Part shown: positions 15,970 to 23,563 of the stretch, in pieces
Layout: each line of letters starts with the position of its first letter
Position numbering within the stretch: position 1 is the first letter of the stretch
NCBI GenBank assembly: GCA_021735045.1
Contig: JAIPHU010000004.1
Span: 30,001 to 62,000, forward strand
Reading direction: 5' to 3'
DNA from: Candidatus Omnitrophota bacterium
GTDB taxonomy: Bacteria; Omnitrophota; Gorgyraeia; Duberdicusellales; 4484-171
DNA: 32,000 nucleotides
Made by a program: the position numbers and the translations under genes
Notes under the pieces: model-generated
The model's database searches: none
What the model was told of the DNA's origin: nothing
Seen by the model: the letters and a program-made list of their open reading frames with translations, nothing else

Positions 15970-15999
15970 AACAAAATTTGTTTCCCTAAGTTGCATAAC

Positions 16000-16028
16000 T
16001 TGACCCTTAAAACTGCCGGCGTTATAAT
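16000..16028 (+). promoter_or_regulatory. Putative promoter of the K+ channel gene
   Basis: TTGACC (16000-16005), 17-nt spacer, TATAAT (16023-16028). Confidence 0.45.
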
Positions 16029-16097
16029 AGTTGTAAATTATTTTTTTTAGCTCAAGAAGAAAGGGGAAAGTTTAGCAGGAAAAGTTGTTTTAATTAT

Positions 16098-16787
16098 ATG
16101 AAAAAATTAAAGTTCAACATCTTAAAGAAAATACTTGGGTTTAAAACAAGCGAACAAAGTTTTGCGTTTCTGATCCTTATTCTCATCACATTCATATTAA
16201 TTGAACCAATCGTTAAAGATTTAGGTTTTTTGGCAAATATCATCACCAGCATTGTTATTTCCTTTGTTCCTTTTGCAATTATCCGTGCTGCCGGAAAAAA
16301 TAAAAAAGAACGCAGAAGGGCTTTTATGATCGGTATTATTTTTTTGATCCTTGTTTGGCTGAATGTTTTGGTAGAAGCCCACTTTATGAGAATTCTTTTC
16401 TCGCTTTATTTAATAGTGTTTTATGTTTATCCTTTAAGAATAATAGTTAGACATCTTCTTACTTCAAGAAAAATAACTTTAAACACGATTTATGCTGCGA
16501 TTGCCGGTTATCTTCTGATTGGGTTGGCATGGGCTTCAATTTATACTGCGATAAATATTTTAAAACCGGGATCTTTTTTAAATATTGAAGGGGTAAATGA
16601 CAGTATCTATTACAGCTTCTTAACTCTTACTACTTTAGGCTATGGAGATATAGTACCCCTTACAGCTTTGGCTAAAAGAGTAGCAGTTTTAGAAAGTATG
16701 GTCGGCGTTCTTTATAATGCGATAGTTATTGCTTTTATAGTGGGAATATATATAAGCGAAAGGCTTGCAAAAAAAGAAAGCGAATAA
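16098..16787 (+). CDS. Potassium channel family protein (ion_trans_2 type pore)
   Basis: 229 aa. Contains the K+ selectivity filter TLTTLGYGD between hydrophobic helices. Confidence 0.8.
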   Translation: MKKLKFNILKKILGFKTSEQSFAFLILILITFILIEPIVKDLGFLANIITSIVISFVPFAIIRAAGKNKKERRRAFMIGIIFLILVWLNVLVEAHFMRILFSLYLIVFYVYPLRIIVRHLLTSRKITLNTIYAAIAGYLLIGLAWASIYTAINILKPGSFLNIEGVNDSIYYSFLTLTTLGYGDIVPLTALAKRVAVLESMVGVLYNAIVIAFIVGIYISERLAKKESE

Positions 16788-16812
16788 TTAAAAAAGGGGA
16801 GGGTAAACAGTT

Positions 16813-17067
16813 ATGGATTTTACCATTGATCCAATTAGTCTGGTTAACTTAATACTTTGCGTGATCATTGTAATTTTAGCTTCGCTTCGCTTTAGAAAAA
16901 ACAAAAACACAACTGCCTTTTTTATCGGATTTGCCTTTGGCTTATTTGGTATCTCCCACCTTTTGATCTTTTTTGGGTTAAAGTCGTCCTTGGAAAGTTT
17001 TTTGATTACAATCAGGATAATTGCCTATCTTTCAGTTATTGCGGCGGTTTATAAAATTGCGAAGTAA
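16813..17067 (+). CDS. Small hypothetical membrane protein (3 TM helices)
   Basis: 84 aa, almost entirely hydrophobic. GGGGAGGG RBS-like purine run upstream. Confidence 0.5.
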   Translation: MDFTIDPISLVNLILCVIIVILASLRFRKNKNTTAFFIGFAFGLFGISHLLIFFGLKSSLESFLITIRIIAYLSVIAAVYKIAK

Positions 17068-17386
17068 TACTTTATGAGCAAAAGAAGACAGCAATCTAAA
17101 AAATCAGATAAACGATAGCCGTCCAGAAAAAAACTCAATAAATTTAGATAAAATCACTGTTAAAGCAGAAGCCGCGGGAGCAGATTACGCCCAATTTGTT
17201 AAACACAACCTGGATGAAATGTCCTGGCTTTATCCGTTTGACTTAACTGGCAACTAACCAAGGAGTTGCAAATCTAATGCAAGCTCGTTACAATACACTA
17301 AGCCTTGTTGAACTAATTGATTTTGTAAAATTAATTAAAAAATAAAATAGAAGCTGAGCTTAATAAGGTAGAGAGTGAGGTAAAGT

Positions 17387-17902
17387 ATGAGTGATAAATT
17401 TTCTTTAGATAAATATAAAAACAAAAGAAATTTTAAAGAAAGCCCGGAGCCAAAAGCAGAAAAAGCAGCAAGAAAAAATAAGCAGCCGTTATTTGTAGTC
17501 CAAAAACATGCGGCTAGCCGGCTTCATTATGATTTTCGCTTAGAGATTAAAGGAGTGCTTAAATCTTGGGCGGTACCGAAAGGCCCCTCCCTTAATCCTG
17601 CCGACAAACGCCTGGCAGTTGAGACCGAGGATCATCCGCTTGCTTATGCAAACTTTGAAGGAACAATTCCTAAGGGCCATTACGGAGCTGGTACGGTAGT
17701 GATTTGGGATAAAGGCACTTATCAAAACATAAAAAAGGATAAAACGGGAAAGGAAATAAAAATTGAAAAAAGTTATCAAAAAGGGCAAATGGAATTTAAA
17801 CTTCAAGGTAAAAAATTAAAAGGTAATTTTGCTTTAATTAGATTTAAGCCAAAAAAACAATGGCTTTTAATTAAAATGAAAAATAAAAATATATCTTCTT
17901 GA
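17387..17902 (+). CDS. Stand-alone LigD-type 3'-phosphoesterase domain protein (DNA ligase D N-terminal PE domain)
   Basis: 171 aa with FVVQKHAASRLHYDFRLE, GVLKSWAVPKGPS and EDHPLAYANFEGTIPKGHYGAG, the hallmark motifs of the LigD PE domain. Confidence 0.85.
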   Translation: MSDKFSLDKYKNKRNFKESPEPKAEKAARKNKQPLFVVQKHAASRLHYDFRLEIKGVLKSWAVPKGPSLNPADKRLAVETEDHPLAYANFEGTIPKGHYGAGTVVIWDKGTYQNIKKDKTGKEIKIEKSYQKGQMEFKLQGKKLKGNFALIRFKPKKQWLLIKMKNKNISS

Positions 17903-17908
17903 ACTACT

Positions 17909-17961
17909 TAGCCTATAATCTAGTAAAGTAGTCTTATAAAATTATAGGGCTACTTTTTTTT
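17909..17961 (+). terminator. Possible intrinsic terminator
   Basis: TAGCCTATAAT (17909-17919) pairs with ATTATAGGGCTA (17941-17952, one bulge) and is followed by T8 (17954-17961). The loop is long (21 nt), so confidence is modest. Confidence 0.4.
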
Positions 17962-17977
17962 ATTAACTTACTTTCGA

Positions 17978-18250
17978 TTAGTTTTTTGGGGAGAACTTTT
18001 TTTGGCGGTAGTAAAGGATTACTGCTATCACCAGGCTGAATAAAGCTAAATTTACAATATTAAAGGTTTTCCAAACCAAGTCGCTGGATTTAAAAGCTTC
18101 CGGGGCCATCAAGATAAAGCAAATCCAAACTCCTAAAGCCCAATGTAGGCTGATATCAGCAGATGATCTACGTTTTATCATTCTGGCAATTAGAGGGATA
18201 TTCCAAAAAGGTAAAGCTATGGCTGCAATTAAAGCTATTTTTTCTGTCAT
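17978..18250 (-). CDS. PQ-loop/SemiSWEET-like small membrane protein (3 TM helices)
   Basis: 90 aa. The TM1 segment PFWNIPLIARMIKRRSSADISL resembles the PQ-loop motif region of SemiSWEETs. Assignment is tentative. Confidence 0.45.
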   Translation of the reverse strand: MTEKIALIAAIALPFWNIPLIARMIKRRSSADISLHWALGVWICFILMAPEAFKSSDLVWKTFNIVNLALFSLVIAVILYYRQKKFSPKN

Positions 18251-18317
18251 TTTTTCTCCTTTAATTTAAGAAATAATATACCATAAATTATTGTAAAGTT
18301 AAAACTTATTTTTAACT

Positions 18318-18346
18318 TTGACCTTACAAAACCCAAGAGCTATAAT
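18318..18346 (+). promoter_or_regulatory. Putative promoter of the small ORF at 18389
   Basis: TTGACC (18318-18323), 17-nt spacer, TATAAT (18341-18346). Confidence 0.45.
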
Positions 18347-18388
18347 ACTTTAAATTCATCTAAAACAAAAATAATTAAGGAGGCAAAA

Positions 18389-18553
18389 ATGGATAAATTT
18401 AAAACAACCTTACAAGTTTCAAGATCGAAAGAAAATCCTGATATCTTTATTTTTACAATCTCTACACCGACCTTACGGACTCAATTTAAACTTCCTAAAA
18501 AAACTGTAAATCAACTCCGGGTTGATCTAGAAAGGCTTATTGTGGGAAAATAA
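18389..18553 (+). CDS. Small hypothetical protein (54 aa; below the ORF-track cutoff)
   Basis: ATG preceded by AAGGAGG at the ideal distance and by a near-consensus promoter. Translation: MDKFKTTLQVSRSKENPDIFIFTISTPTLRTQFKLPKKTVNQLRVDLERLIVGK. Confidence 0.5.
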   Translation: MDKFKTTLQVSRSKENPDIFIFTISTPTLRTQFKLPKKTVNQLRVDLERLIVGK

Positions 18554-18651
18554 TAAATTTACTTTTTAAAATAGATAGTTTGAAAATAAATCAAGCTGTG
18601 GTAGAATATTTTTTCGTATAAATAAAATTAATATTATTTAGGGAGGTGGTG

Positions 18652-18966
18652 ATGGCAAAGAAAAAAGATTTTTTCCAAGAAGTGAAGACAAAACATTGGC
18701 CTAAGGCAAGAAAAGAGCTTGAAAAGGGTATTGATAATGCTAAAAAAATGCTTTCAGCCGGAGAAAAACAGATAAGACAATTTTCTGAAAAAAGCGCTGA
18801 ACGAACTCGAAAGATCTCTCTTCAAGTAAGGAAAGAAAAACTAATCTATGAACTAGGTAAAACTATTGCCCGTACAGCTAAAAACAAATGGGGCACAACT
18901 AAAAAAGTAGATAAGTTGCGCAAAGAAATTAAAGGTTTAGAAAAAGAAATAAAAAAGATTAAATAA
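18652..18966 (+). CDS. Hypothetical lysine-rich coiled-coil protein
   Basis: The track ORF starts at GTG 18646. The ATG at 18652 lies 7 nt after GGGAGG and is preferred. Charged helical composition. Confidence 0.55.
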   Translation: MAKKKDFFQEVKTKHWPKARKELEKGIDNAKKMLSAGEKQIRQFSEKSAERTRKISLQVRKEKLIYELGKTIARTAKNKWGTTKKVDKLRKEIKGLEKEIKKIK

Positions 18967-18988
18967 CTAAATATAAAGGAGATTTTCT

Positions 18989-19306
18989 ATGGCAGTTGAA
19001 GTAACTAATGCAAATTTTGATAGTGAAGTTTTACAATCAGAAATTCCGGTCTTAATTGATTTTTGGGCTCCTTGGTGTGGGCCATGTAAGGCAGTAGAGC
19101 CGGTTTTAGAAGAAATTGAAAATGAAGTAGGCGAAAAAATAAAAATTTGTAGAATTAATTTAGATGAAGCACCGGAAATTGCAACAAAGTATTCAATAAT
19201 GAGTATTCCTACCTTAATGGTCGTAAAGGATGGAAATATTATGGATACCAAAGTTGGTGCTTTACCTAAAGATAGTCTGATGAGCATTATTCAGCCTTAT
19301 CTTTAG
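18989..19306 (+). CDS. trxA: Thioredoxin
   Basis: 105 aa with the WAPWCGPCK active site and a typical thioredoxin length. AAGGAG RBS upstream. Confidence 0.9.
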   Translation: MAVEVTNANFDSEVLQSEIPVLIDFWAPWCGPCKAVEPVLEEIENEVGEKIKICRINLDEAPEIATKYSIMSIPTLMVVKDGNIMDTKVGALPKDSLMSIIQPYL

Positions 19307-19329
19307 ATAAGTTTTTGACAACAAAGACC

Positions 19330-19358
19330 TTGCTTTTCTAGAGATAAGTTGCTATAAT
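19330..19358 (+). promoter_or_regulatory. Putative promoter driving the tRNA-fragment/GIY-YIG/tRNA-Met unit
   Basis: TTGCTT (19330-19335), 17-nt spacer, TATAAT (19353-19358), about 22 nt upstream of 19381. Confidence 0.4.
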
Positions 19359-19380
19359 TTTATGCTTTTTTGAATAGAAT

Positions 19381-19495
19381 GGGCCTGTAGCTCAGCCTGG
19401 TTAGAGCAGTCCCGACGTTCGCATTTCATGCTCAGTTGGGATTCCGACTTCTGGCCTACAGTTTAACGGCAGCCAGAACGTCGGAACTGACTCAT
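19381..19495 (+). pseudogene. Partial copy of tRNA-Met (first 38 nt, through the anticodon CAT), interrupted by a 77-nt insertion
   Basis: 19381-19409 is identical to 19776-19804 (29 nt). 19487-19495 (CTGACTCAT) is identical to 19805-19813. No T-arm or 3' acceptor strand follows. Confidence 0.8.
19410..19486 (+). repeat. 77-bp element with 11-bp terminal inverted repeats, inserted in the tRNA fragment
   Basis: The 5' end TCCCGACGTTC and the reverse complement of the 3' end, TTCCGACGTTC, match at 10 of 11 positions. An internal 13-bp hairpin forms between 19442-19454 and 19473-86 (one bulge). The insertion removes or duplicates no tRNA nucleotide. Confidence 0.65.
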
Positions 19496-19515
19496 TTCGG
19501 TTTTAGGTAAGTTGA

Positions 19516-19785
19516 ATGGCTTATGTTTATATCTTGCAAGATAAGCAAAACGGAAAATTTTATATCGGCAGTACTAATAATGTTGAATCTAGATTCAAGC
19601 AACACAAAAGTAAAAAACACCATTCAAGTAAATGCTTAACAGATCCTGAAATTGTGTTTAAGCAAAAGTTTGATAGTTTAAAAATCGCAAGAAAAATAGA
19701 GCTAAGGTTAAAGAAATATAAACATAAAGATTTCATTGAAAAAATAATTAGGGACGGTATTATAAAGAAAATGCAGGGCCTGTAG
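19516..19785 (+). CDS. Small GIY-YIG nuclease family protein (YhbQ/UPF0213-like)
   Basis: 89 aa. YVYILQDKQNGKFYIGSTNNVESRFKQH is a canonical GIY-YIG N-terminal motif. The last 10 nt, including the TAG stop (19783-19785), lie inside the tRNA gene. Confidence 0.8.
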   Translation: MAYVYILQDKQNGKFYIGSTNNVESRFKQHKSKKHHSSKCLTDPEIVFKQKFDSLKIARKIELRLKKYKHKDFIEKIIRDGIIKKMQGL

Positions 19786-19850
19786 CTCAGCCTGGTTAGA
19801 GCAGCTGACTCATAATCAGTTGGTCGGAGGTTCAAATCCTCCCGGGCCCA
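19776..19850 (+). tRNA. tRNA-Met (anticodon CAT; elongator-type, or a tRNA-Ile2 lysidine substrate)
   Basis: Folded by hand into a cloverleaf. Acceptor 19776-82/19843-49, D-arm GCTC/GAGC, anticodon stem GCTGA/TCAGT. The loop CTCATAA places CAT at 19811-13. T-arm GGAGG-TTCAAAT-CCTCC, discriminator A. The G1:C72 pair argues against an initiator tRNA. CCA is not encoded. Confidence 0.9.
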
Positions 19851-19872
19851 CGTTAAAAAAAATAGGAAATTA

Positions 19873-20598
19873 ATGAATTTAAAAGATGAGATAAAAAAGC
19901 TGATAAAGCTACAAGAGATAGATAAACAAGTTTACAAACTTAACCTTCAAAAAAGCAACAATATACCTGCAAAGATTGATGAGTTAAAAGAATCTATTGA
20001 TCAAAAACAAAAAGAGTTTGCCGCATTTAAAGACAAGGTAAATCGACTTGAGCTAGAAAAAAAGAATAAGGAAGGGGAACTTACCCAAAAAGAAGAAAAT
20101 TTAAAAAAAGCAAAGTCACAGCTTTATCAGTTAAAATCGAATAAAGAATATCAAGTAAAACTGAATGAAATTAGTTCTATAGAGGCAGATATCTCCTGTG
20201 CCGAAGAAGAAGTTATAAAGTTTTTAGATAATATTGAACAAGAAAAAGCAGAGGTAAAAAAAGAAAAAGAAAAAGTTGAATCTGAAACTAACAAGATGAA
20301 GCAAGAAATCGCTGACTTAGAAAAAGAGACCAAAGAAATTGATCAAAAAATTAACGAGCTAGAAAATAAACGAAAAAGTTTTACTTCTGATGTCGATAAA
20401 AAGATTCTTAATCAATATCAAGACCTTTTAAAAAAGCGAAATGGCCTTGCCATTGTTCCGGTTGTAAATAATAACTGTGGGGCTTGCCATATTTCATTAA
20501 CTCGACAAAAAGTCAATGAAATAAAGATGTATGATAAGCTGATTTTATGTGAAAGTTGTGTACGTATTCTTTATATCCCAGAGGACCTAGAGTTATGA
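19873..20598 (+). CDS. Coiled-coil protein with C-terminal C4 zinc ribbon (COG1579 family)
   Basis: 241 aa. A long coiled coil precedes CGACH...CESC. As in many bacteria, the gene lies directly upstream of an RNase H gene. Confidence 0.75.
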   Translation: MNLKDEIKKLIKLQEIDKQVYKLNLQKSNNIPAKIDELKESIDQKQKEFAAFKDKVNRLELEKKNKEGELTQKEENLKKAKSQLYQLKSNKEYQVKLNEISSIEADISCAEEEVIKFLDNIEQEKAEVKKEKEKVESETNKMKQEIADLEKETKEIDQKINELENKRKSFTSDVDKKILNQYQDLLKKRNGLAIVPVVNNNCGACHISLTRQKVNEIKMYDKLILCESCVRILYIPEDLEL

Positions 20599-20990
20599 TT
20601 ACTGTCTATATTGATGGGTCTTCAATAGGAAATCCCGGTAAAGCCGGGATCGGTTATTTAATCTATAAAGACAAAAAGCTGGTTCAAGAAGAAAGTGTCT
20701 ACCTAGGAGTTCAATCTAACAACTTTGCCGAATATATGGGGTTAATCTTTTCTCTAGCTGATGTTGTTGCAAGAGGAGAGAGAAAGTGCCTAGTTTATAC
20801 TGACAGCAAATTGGTTTGCGAGCAAATTAACGGCAACTTTAAAGTTAAACACCAAAATATATTACCACTTTATACTTTAGCGAAAAAAATGATCTCAAAG
20901 ATAGATGAGTTTACCATAAAGCATATCTTGCGGGAAAAAAATAAAGAAGCAGACAAATTAGCAAAAAAAGCTACTGGGTTTTTAACCTAG
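20595..20990 (+). CDS. rnhA: Ribonuclease HI
   Basis: MITVYIDGSSIGNPGKAGIGY...NNFAEY...YTDSKLV...NKEADKLA supplies the DEDD-type RNase H residues. The ATG at 20595 overlaps the upstream stop (ATGA). The track start at TTG 20556 is less likely. Confidence 0.8.
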   Translation: MITVYIDGSSIGNPGKAGIGYLIYKDKKLVQEESVYLGVQSNNFAEYMGLIFSLADVVARGERKCLVYTDSKLVCEQINGNFKVKHQNILPLYTLAKKMISKIDEFTIKHILREKNKEADKLAKKATGFLT

Positions 20991-21040
20991 TAAGTGGTTA
21001 ATCGGGAAGTGATAATTAACCAATTATCAGGAGGTAAAAT

Positions 21041-21796
21041 ATGAGTGGGCATTCGAAATGGGCAAGTATTAAACATAAAAAAGGTGCAGCTGACGCTAAA
21101 AGAGGTAAACTATTTACTAAACTAATTCGAGAAATAACTGTGGCTGCAAAAGATAGTGGTGGAGACCCGGATATAAATCCCGCCCTACGTACAGCAATAT
21201 CTCGGGCAAATGATGCGAATATGCCCAAGGACAATATCGAAAAAGCAATCAAAAAGGGAACCGGAGAATTACCGGGAGTAAGTTATGAAAGTTGTATGTT
21301 TGAGGGTTATGGGCCGGGAGGAGTTGCAATCCTAGTTGAAGCATTAACGGACAACAAAAACAGGTCTTCAGCCGAAATTAGAAACATTTTCTCAAAAAAA
21401 GGTGGAAATATGGCTGGAGCTGGAAGTGTTTCTTGGATTTTTACTCCTAAAGGATACATTTTAATTGATCAATCTCAGATAGACGAAGAAGAACTATTTT
21501 CAATAACTGTTGATGCCGGTGCAGAAGATATCAAATCTAGCGATAAAAATTACGAGATATTCTGTGAACCAAAAGATTTAGAGGCAATTAAAGAAGCTTT
21601 ATCGGCAAAAAACATAAAATGGGAAGATGCTGAACTTACTAAAATTCCTAATTCAACTATTAAACTATCAGGGAGTCAAGCAAAACAAGTGCTATCTTTA
21701 GTTGAAACTTTAGAAGACCATGACGATGCACAAAAAGTTTATGCAAACTTTGATATTCCGGACGAAGTATTAGAAGAAATTGCTCAAGAAATTTAA
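21041..21796 (+). CDS. yebC: YebC/PmpR family DNA-binding transcriptional regulator
   Basis: 251 aa beginning MSGHSKWASIKHKKGAADAKRGKLFTKL, the invariant YebC N-terminus. Confidence 0.9.
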   Translation: MSGHSKWASIKHKKGAADAKRGKLFTKLIREITVAAKDSGGDPDINPALRTAISRANDANMPKDNIEKAIKKGTGELPGVSYESCMFEGYGPGGVAILVEALTDNKNRSSAEIRNIFSKKGGNMAGAGSVSWIFTPKGYILIDQSQIDEEELFSITVDAGAEDIKSSDKNYEIFCEPKDLEAIKEALSAKNIKWEDAELTKIPNSTIKLSGSQAKQVLSLVETLEDHDDAQKVYANFDIPDEVLEEIAQEI

Positions 21797-21799
21797 AAA

Positions 21800-22300
21800 A
21801 TGGATGTTTTGGCGATAGATTTAGGTCTGCGCACCTGTGGTTATGTTATCTGTGGTGTTTCTGGGCGTAAAATCAACTTGATAAAAGAAGGCCAGATAAA
21901 GCCTGATCCGAAAAAAAACCTACCTGAGAAGTTACACTTGATCTATGCCGAGCTGAAAAAGGAAATCATAGACTATAGCCTAAAAGCAATAATCGTCGAA
22001 AAATTATATTCTCATTATCGCCATCCAACAACATTAGGAGTTTTAGCCCAAGTAAAAGGAATAATTGCTCTATTAGCTTATCAATCAGAGCTTGATTATT
22101 TCCAATATCCACCGACTCGGGCCAGAAAAGCAATGTTAGGCAAAGGTAATGTAGATTCAAAACAAGTTAAAAAGATGGCAGAAAATATGACCGGAAAAAA
22201 ATTTAAGTCAGTACATACTGCTGATGCATTTTCTTTAGTGTTTGCTTTTTCACATACGAATAGCTTTAAAAATAAACTTTTTATACAAAAAAATCGATAA
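21800..22300 (+). CDS. ruvC: Holliday junction resolvase RuvC
   Basis: 166 aa. VLAIDLGLRTCGY (catalytic Asp), VEKLY (Glu) and HTADAFSLV (Asp) match RuvC catalytic positions. Lies between yebC and ruvA, as is common. Confidence 0.8.
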   Translation: MDVLAIDLGLRTCGYVICGVSGRKINLIKEGQIKPDPKKNLPEKLHLIYAELKKEIIDYSLKAIIVEKLYSHYRHPTTLGVLAQVKGIIALLAYQSELDYFQYPPTRARKAMLGKGNVDSKQVKKMAENMTGKKFKSVHTADAFSLVFAFSHTNSFKNKLFIQKNR

Positions 22301-22302
22301 AA

Positions 22303-22932
22303 ATGATCTGTAAAATCAAGGGAGTCTTATCAGAAAAAAATAAACAATCAGTTGTGATTGAAAAAGAAGGTATTTTTTATCGGATTGATACCCCTGAAAC
22401 CGTTTCGCTTCGGCTTAAAGAAGTTGGCCAAACAGTGGAACTGGTTATCTACCATTATTTCAATTTAACAAAAAATAAAGGAATACCTGTTTTAATTGGC
22501 TTTATCGATGAACTAGAAAAAGAGTTTTTTGAAAAATTTATAAGTGTATCCGGGGTCGGCCCTAAAGCCGCTCTACGCGCTTTTGATAAACCAATTCCAT
22601 TTATCGCAAAAGCAATTGAAGAAGCTGATATGAACTTTTTAACTGATTTAGCCGGAGTAGGCAAGCAACGGGCTAGGCAGATAGTTGCTCACCTACAAGG
22701 TAAGGTTGGCAGGTTTGCTTTAATTAAAGAAGAGTTGGAAGAAAAAAAACAGGAAGATTTAGTCAAAAAAGAAATTTCTCAAGAAGCCAAGCAAATATTA
22801 AAACGCCTTCAGTACAGGCCTCAGGAAATAGATAATATGGTTAAAAAAGCACTAGCTGCTAATCCAGAGGTTCAAGCAGTAGAGAATTTACTAAATGAAA
22901 TCTATAAACAGAAGAAAAAAAACGCTGATTAA
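22303..22932 (+). CDS. ruvA: Holliday junction DNA helicase subunit RuvA
   Basis: 209 aa. Opens with MICKIKGVL. HhH motifs ISVSGVGPKAAL and LAGVGKQRARQI are present. Confidence 0.85.
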   Translation: MICKIKGVLSEKNKQSVVIEKEGIFYRIDTPETVSLRLKEVGQTVELVIYHYFNLTKNKGIPVLIGFIDELEKEFFEKFISVSGVGPKAALRAFDKPIPFIAKAIEEADMNFLTDLAGVGKQRARQIVAHLQGKVGRFALIKEELEEKKQEDLVKKEISQEAKQILKRLQYRPQEIDNMVKKALAANPEVQAVENLLNEIYKQKKKNAD

Positions 22933-22934
22933 CC

Positions 22935-23558
22935 ATGGAAAAAGAAAATATAAAATCAATTTTGGAATCACTATTATTTGTAAATGAAAAACCAATTCAA
23001 CTTTCAGATATATCCAGAATACTTGAGATAAAAAGTAAAGATATAAAGCAAGCTGTCGAAGAGCTAAAAACTGAATACAGCAACCGAAACTCTGGAATTT
23101 CAATTGTTCCGGTTGCCGGTGGTTATCAAATGTGTTCGGCTCCATTTAATGAACCATGGGTTAAGAAGATGTATAGCCATCAAAACAAGCAAAAGCTCTC
23201 CACTGCATCTTTAGAAACTTTGGCGATAATTGCTTACAAACAACCTATAACTCGAGTTGAAATTGAACAAATCCGTGGGGTTAACGTTGATGGAGTAGTT
23301 AGAAAATTAGGAGAGTTGGGGTTGATAAAAACGGCAGGAAAAAAAGAAGTTGTAGGCAGGCCGTTTTTATATATCACCACCCGTAAATTTTTAGAATACT
23401 TTGGGATCAATACTCTAAAAGATCTACCGAATTTAGAAGAATTTGTTAATTTAGCCGAAAAAGAAAATATAGTTTCTCAAGAAGAAAGCCAAGATCAACA
23501 AAATAAAATCAAAGAAAATAAAGAACAGGAAAAAAATAAAGAAGAAAAGGAGGAATGA
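22935..23558 (+). CDS. scpB: Segregation and condensation protein B
   Basis: 207 aa. [40 protein letters not shown] and [17 protein letters not shown] are typical ScpB winged-helix motifs. Confidence 0.85.
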   Translation: MEKENIKSILESLLFVNEKPIQLSDISRILEIKSKDIKQAVEELKTEYSNRNSGISIVPVAGGYQMCSAPFNEPWVKKMYSHQNKQKLSTASLETLAIIAYKQPITRVEIEQIRGVNVDGVVRKLGELGLIKTAGKKEVVGRPFLYITTRKFLEYFGINTLKDLPNLEEFVNLAEKENIVSQEESQDQQNKIKENKEQEKNKEEKEE

Positions 23559-23563
23559 AAGCG

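Noticed and set aside
18967-19287. 106-aa minus-strand ORF
   Set aside because: It is exactly antisense to a canonical thioredoxin gene with the WCGPC active site. It is a typical shadow ORF.
19560-19835. 91-aa minus-strand ORF
   Set aside because: It is antisense to the GIY-YIG gene and runs through the tRNA-Met gene. It has no independent support.
19381-19850. Group I intron (with GIY-YIG homing endonuclease) interrupting tRNA-Met after the anticodon
   Set aside because: The downstream tRNA copy is complete on its own. A putative intron would have to end in ...CTGACTCAT, with a terminal T rather than the conserved terminal G. The best internal guide candidate (GTAAGT, 19507-19512) pairs with the exon end only with an A:C mismatch. 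I could not trace the P3-P8 core elements by eye.
20556-20594. Upstream TTG start for the RNase HI gene, adding 13 N-terminal residues
   Set aside because: The ATG at 20595 overlaps the upstream stop (ATGA coupling) and yields the canonical RNase H N-terminus (MITVYIDGSS). The extension lies inside the preceding gene.
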